Below are positions 59,761 through 64,000 of a stretch of 64,000 bases of DNA, one piece after another. The DNA is taken from positions 47,556-111,555 of the forward strand of contig CALIUO010000007.1 in NCBI GenBank assembly GCA_938048695.1. The letters run 5' to 3'. Position 1 is the first letter of the stretch; each line of letters starts with the position of its first letter. The notes beneath the pieces are model-generated. The model saw only the letters and a program-made list of their open reading frames with translations. It was not told the DNA's origin and did no database searches. Source of the stretch: an uncultured SAR86 cluster bacterium (GTDB lineage: Bacteria > Pseudomonadota > Gammaproteobacteria > Magnimaribacterales > Magnimaribacteraceae). The position numbers and the translations under genes were made by a program.

Positions 59761-60687
59761 TTATGCACTCACTGCTTTTGATAAAACACTTCTATAGGAA
59801 TTCTCAAGGCACATTTTATCTTTATATCCGTTTTCTAACATCATTAAATGTGCTTTAGGTAAGTTATACCATGGACACATCATAAACAAATGATGTTCTA
59901 GATGATAATTAACCCTATGGGGTGCTAATAAGAATCTAATGATTAATGAAGCTTTAGTAGTTCTTGTCTTATCAAAATCGCTTTCTCCAGGTGTTACGCA
60001 ATGTTCAGCAATATTTCTGATTCTTATTATTAAGCTGTAGTAAGTAAATGCTGGAAGCCACCATAATAAAAAAAATAGAGACCAATGAAAGAATATTGAT
60101 ATCAAAATAAAAACTATGAAATTGACAATCAAGAAACCATGAATTTTATTCCAGATTCTACTCACCTTATGGGAAAAACTGTCAGCCTCTGTTTGAAATA
60201 TTGAAATTAGAGAAGAAGAATATCTTTTGTAACCGGTAATTCCGGTTAAGTCTCTAATTACTTTTCTATAGAAACTTTTCTTATTTATTGGAAAAGGTGC
60301 GCTAAGAACTAAATCAGGATCATCTTCAGTTTCAGTGAATCGATGATGTTTCAAGTGATAAGGCCTGTATACCCTATTATCTTGAAAAATAGGATATGCA
60401 CAAAACCACTGAGATACAAAATCATTGATCTTGGAATTAGAAAACAAAAGATTATGAGCTCCGTCATGAGCAAGAACTGCAAGAGCAAACTGTCTTGAAC
60501 CAATAATGACAACAGAAGCTAAAAAAGTAAGGAAGCTAGGAAAGTGATAGAAAACATAAAGACCAAGGACCATTAGCCCCCAATCAAATATAAGAGCAAA
60601 GATATTCCTTAAATCGTTTTTTTGTCGAATCTCACTTAACTGAGATTCGCTTAGAATATCTAAAGGCTTAATCCTAATTGATTCCAT
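59761..60687 (-). CDS. Membrane fatty acid desaturase family protein
   Basis: His boxes HDGAH, HLKHH, HLEHH. Confidence 0.88.
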   Translation of the reverse strand: MESIRIKPLDILSESQLSEIRQKNDLRNIFALIFDWGLMVLGLYVFYHFPSFLTFLASVVIIGSRQFALAVLAHDGAHNLLFSNSKINDFVSQWFCAYPIFQDNRVYRPYHLKHHRFTETEDDPDLVLSAPFPINKKSFYRKVIRDLTGITGYKRYSSSLISIFQTEADSFSHKVSRIWNKIHGFLIVNFIVFILISIFFHWSLFFLLWWLPAFTYYSLIIRIRNIAEHCVTPGESDFDKTRTTKASLIIRFLLAPHRVNYHLEHHLFMMCPWYNLPKAHLMMLENGYKDKMCLENSYRSVLSKAVSA

Positions 60688-60723
60688 ATATTGATTATAA
60701 CTAAGGTTGATAATGATTAAAAT

Positions 60724-62079
60724 TTAATCATTAAATGGAACTGATTGGCTATCTCTATCTCTTGCCTGTTGGAATACTTTGCTTGATCCTTGACCTCTTA
60801 ATTGTTCTAGCCAAATAACTCCATCATAAGGCATGCTATTACCCCTGGTTCCAACAAAATCTAAATCAGAATCATTATCTAAATCAAGAGGAATCCATTT
60901 ATCGTACATCCCGCGTTTTCTTCTTAAGATATTATTTTTAATCCACTTATCTCCTTGGTTCTCAAACCATACAACACTGCCATAAGATTTATTTATATTA
61001 TCAATATCGTCTTTATCCCTGCTACCAAGACTATAGGAGCCTGAAAATATATCTTCATCTCCATCTCCATCAATATCAGCCAAAGTGACACTTACAAGAA
61101 GGTCAGGATCTATGCTCCCTATCTTTTCGATATTCCATTTATCTTGGGGGTTTTTAGGTTGAAATAAAACATAAACAGAATTTGGCCAAACTGAACTAAC
61201 TATATCTAGTCGACCATCTCCGTTTAGGTCAGCATAATCCATATTAAAACCAGTTATCCAAGAATCTTTTTCTATTGAAGATGAGAAATTAATATCGTGC
61301 TGAAAGAAGTTTAATTCTCCCATATTTTCTAACCATAAAACTCTTCTCTCTCCTCTGGATCCAACAACTATATCCATATCTCCATCTAAATCTAAATCCA
61401 CAGGTTGAGAATTAATAGGAATACGAACCTGCGTTAAAACCAACTCATTCCATTTTTCACCTTCTAAAGGATTATCAGGCAACAAATAAATAGAAATATT
61501 ATTTAGGGGTGCGCTAGATATATCCGGATTCTCTCCTCCCTTATTGGCTGCTACCACTTCAAGCTTTCCGTCATTATTAAAGTCAGCAAAAAAAACTCTA
61601 ATAAAAGAACCTCGGTTTAAAGTTATCTCAGGGACAGTCCGTTCCCATCTAACTGAACGATGATTAGTTGAGGGATTTTTGAAATAGATAAGATGTGCAA
61701 GTTCACATGCGACTATTATGTCGGGCCATCCGTCTCCATCTGCATCAGCAATATCTACATCTTCAGCAGACGGTGCTTCAGATCCTGAAGCCAACGTAGT
61801 TAATTCCCACCTAAGAGGATCGCCCGTTCCCCATGCAATTCTTACATAACCTTTTGGGACACCGTATTCTGTATCTAGTTCATGAACTGAAACAATGTCT
61901 AAGTGACCATCTTTATCCAAATCGGCAACCTCAAGTCCATCGCTACCAGCTAAGTCAGATGGCCCTGAGAAAGAATCATCAATTATATGTTCTTTCCAAG
62001 AAATATCAGGTTGACCACTTGAGAGGTCTAAAATCAAACCAGTCAAAATTGATATAATTAATTTTGAATATATTCCCAT
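60724..62079 (-). CDS. Secreted FG-GAP/VCBS repeat protein
   Basis: Seven DxDxDG-type motifs (DLDKDGHLDI, DADGDGWPDI, DFNNDGKLEV, DLDLDGDMDI, DLNGDGRLDI, DIDGDGDEDI, DLDNDSDLDF). Confidence 0.85.
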   Translation of the reverse strand: MGIYSKLIISILTGLILDLSSGQPDISWKEHIIDDSFSGPSDLAGSDGLEVADLDKDGHLDIVSVHELDTEYGVPKGYVRIAWGTGDPLRWELTTLASGSEAPSAEDVDIADADGDGWPDIIVACELAHLIYFKNPSTNHRSVRWERTVPEITLNRGSFIRVFFADFNNDGKLEVVAANKGGENPDISSAPLNNISIYLLPDNPLEGEKWNELVLTQVRIPINSQPVDLDLDGDMDIVVGSRGERRVLWLENMGELNFFQHDINFSSSIEKDSWITGFNMDYADLNGDGRLDIVSSVWPNSVYVLFQPKNPQDKWNIEKIGSIDPDLLVSVTLADIDGDGDEDIFSGSYSLGSRDKDDIDNINKSYGSVVWFENQGDKWIKNNILRRKRGMYDKWIPLDLDNDSDLDFVGTRGNSMPYDGVIWLEQLRGQGSSKVFQQARDRDSQSVPFND

Positions 62080-63071
62080 AAGTTATTGATAAAATTGGAA
62101 TCTTTAGGAAAAGAGCCAAGTCTTACTAATATTAACTCTTCGCTTGGAACGATAGCTAGAACCCTACTTCCCGCACCCAAAGCAAGGATAGTGTCATCAG
62201 GTGCATTTGGTAATAGCTTACCAGGAGAAAGATTTTTATCCCATGTCATGTGGCTTGTTGAGTTGTTAAGCCACCATAAGTATCCATAAGCTTCGTTTTT
62301 ATTTTGAGATTTTGTGAAAGACTCTTCAAAGAATTTTACATCTGAATTAATGGAGCTATCTTTAGTCATTCTTTTATTGAGGATAAATTCACCAAACTTT
62401 AAAAGATCTTCTGCTGTAGTGATAAGTCCGTATTTAGAGGAATCCTTTCTAAACCCTAAGGGGCCTTTATTTCTTTCTTGCCAGAAAGTATTTTTCATTC
62501 TTAGTGGTTCAAACAGCCACTTTGAAGAAAGTACATTTATATCGAGATTCGTTGCCTTTTCAAGAACAAATATTAACTGACTATATGCTCTGGTGTTATA
62601 TGACCATACAGATCCCGGTTCAGATAGAAAATTAAAATCAACGTCTAAACCCGAAGTCATGGCAAGTAAATTTTTTATAGTAATTAGATTCTCTTTTGTC
62701 TCTTCAAGTTGAGTCCATTTTCCAATATGAGTACTCACTGAATCATGGATATTCAAGACCCCTCTTTCTTGAGCTATACCTATTAAAATTGATACCAAAC
62801 TTTTTTGAATAGAAGCCACGTCTTCTTGACTTCTATTTTCGATAGATCCATGTCGAAAAAGATTAAAGAACATAATGTTCATTGGATTAAGATTTTTTTC
62901 GACCTTAAACTCTTCATTAACAATTAAATCCCCCCTTTGAGAGATAAGAAAACTTGTAGTTTCACTTTCAACAAGGTATTCAAATAAATCCGTATTTGCG
63001 GTAATTTCAGAAAAAGAAAAAGTAGAAATAACTGATAAATATACTGTAAAAGAAATTTTTCTAAATCTCAT
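62058..63071 (-). CDS. Secreted serine hydrolase (beta-lactamase / AmpC-like family)
   Basis: ASIQKS (SxxK), LLAMTSGL, WSYN, YGYLWW. Confidence 0.85.
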   Translation of the reverse strand: MRFRKISFTVYLSVISTFSFSEITANTDLFEYLVESETTSFLISQRGDLIVNEEFKVEKNLNPMNIMFFNLFRHGSIENRSQEDVASIQKSLVSILIGIAQERGVLNIHDSVSTHIGKWTQLEETKENLITIKNLLAMTSGLDVDFNFLSEPGSVWSYNTRAYSQLIFVLEKATNLDINVLSSKWLFEPLRMKNTFWQERNKGPLGFRKDSSKYGLITTAEDLLKFGEFILNKRMTKDSSINSDVKFFEESFTKSQNKNEAYGYLWWLNNSTSHMTWDKNLSPGKLLPNAPDDTILALGAGSRVLAIVPSEELILVRLGSFPKDSNFINNLWEYIQN

Positions 63072-63102
63072 GGTAATTACATCTTAACAAAATATGAAAG
63101 GT

Positions 63103-63134
63103 AAAAAAAACGGCCAAAAATTGACCGTTTTTTT
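63103..63134 (-). terminator. Intrinsic terminator after the secreted hypothetical gene
   Basis: A8-CGGCCAA-AAA-TTGACCG-T7 on the + strand. Confidence 0.8.
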
Positions 63135-63148
63135 AGATTTAAAAAGGC

Positions 63149-63898
63149 TTAATTCGTTGTGATAGCCTTAATATTATTTGCGGAATAAACTCTAGGCGCT
63201 GCACAGTCAGCTATCTGTTCAGGCATAGAGCCACTCATCATTGCATTCATCCTTGCATCCCTATATTCACCATATTCCTTCATAGTACTAAACGAAATAT
63301 TTATATAATAATCAGTAGAGTTTTGGGTATCTGAACCTCCTCCTGCCCACCATCTCCAAACTCCGCCATTATGACCTATTCCATCGAGAAACTTATTCCA
63401 TTCAGTGTCATTTGCCCCAAGGTCAGAAACACTCTTTCCATCTTTAAAGTTACAACTATGAAAAGCCCAATATCCAGTATCGCCTTCAACAAGCTGATTT
63501 GCCGGTCTTCTTGCTTCAAAAATATCCCAATGACTCCAAGAAGCACAACTAACTAGATTTTGCCACTTACCAAATACCTTAGTTGCATTGACATTAAACC
63601 AATCCAAAGAGGCACCCATATCACTATTATTTGAGGTAAAACCCGCCCAAAAAAGGTCATACCCACCGTCATTGTCGGCAAATAAAGTTGGGGTTAGAAC
63701 CCAACCTTCATAAGGAACAGGATAATCAAGCGCATACCAATCTTTTTTGACCATGTTAAGAACATCCTCAACATCCTTACCATTTTGTAAGTTACATTGA
63801 AGCACCTCACCTGTATAAGTTGTATATGACTGATGATCATCAGCCATTAGAAAGTTAAAAGATATAAAAGCAAATATAAGTAAAAGAATTTTTTTCAT
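63149..63898 (-). CDS. Secreted hypothetical protein with two internal repeats
   Basis: Start MKKILLL (SD GGAG); signal peptide; CNLQNGKDVEDV / CNFKDGKSVSDL duplication. Confidence 0.75.
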   Translation of the reverse strand: MKKILLLIFAFISFNFLMADDHQSYTTYTGEVLQCNLQNGKDVEDVLNMVKKDWYALDYPVPYEGWVLTPTLFADNDGGYDLFWAGFTSNNSDMGASLDWFNVNATKVFGKWQNLVSCASWSHWDIFEARRPANQLVEGDTGYWAFHSCNFKDGKSVSDLGANDTEWNKFLDGIGHNGGVWRWWAGGGSDTQNSTDYYINISFSTMKEYGEYRDARMNAMMSGSMPEQIADCAAPRVYSANNIKAITTN

Positions 63899-63928
63899 TA
63901 TTTTCTCCAATTTTAATTTATTCATTTT

Positions 63929-64000
63929 CTACTCAAAATCTTTAGTTACAAATTGTTCTAAATCAGATGCAGAATCATAAACTCTGGCATTGAAAAGAAG
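63929..64000 (-). CDS. C-terminal fragment of an unidentified CDS
   Basis: Open frame to the window edge: LLFNARVYDSASDLEQFVTKDFE*. Confidence 0.45.
   Translation of the reverse strand, partial: LLFNARVYDSASDLEQFVTKDFE

Overview
Gene-dense, AT-rich chromosomal segment of a streamlined marine gammaproteobacterium. Assignment to SAR86 is an inference from the proteorhodopsin type, Pseudomonas-like gene order and very short intergenic spaces. Housekeeping content: glpK (partial), class Ia nrdAB with NrdR and DnaA boxes, mdh, xerD-dsbC-alaC-hom-thrC-prfB(frameshift)-lysS, rpsP-rimM-trmD-rplS, groESL, yajQ-ampG-vanZ-fxsA, a cobalamin riboswitch with btuB and an adenosyltransferase, ampD, and msrB-murJ-ribF-ileS-lspA-ispH. 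Accessory content: a green-tuned proteorhodopsin, several hydrolases and oxidoreductases, a MacAB-like exporter with three permeases directly downstream of a beta-helix/diheme-cytochrome pair, and secreted unknowns. I saw no rRNA, tRNA, CRISPR, IS or prophage. Most notable observations: a 6-residue insertion in the MDH specificity loop; two conserved genes (murJ and a glycerophosphodiesterase) that appear to need CTG starts; a structured proteorhodopsin leader; an OadA-like protein lacking its biotin domain; an SdpA-like dioxygenase; the 7-gene beta-helix/cytochrome/exporter block; and recurrent GC-rich promoter discriminators. All product calls come from motif recognition only; no database searches were run.
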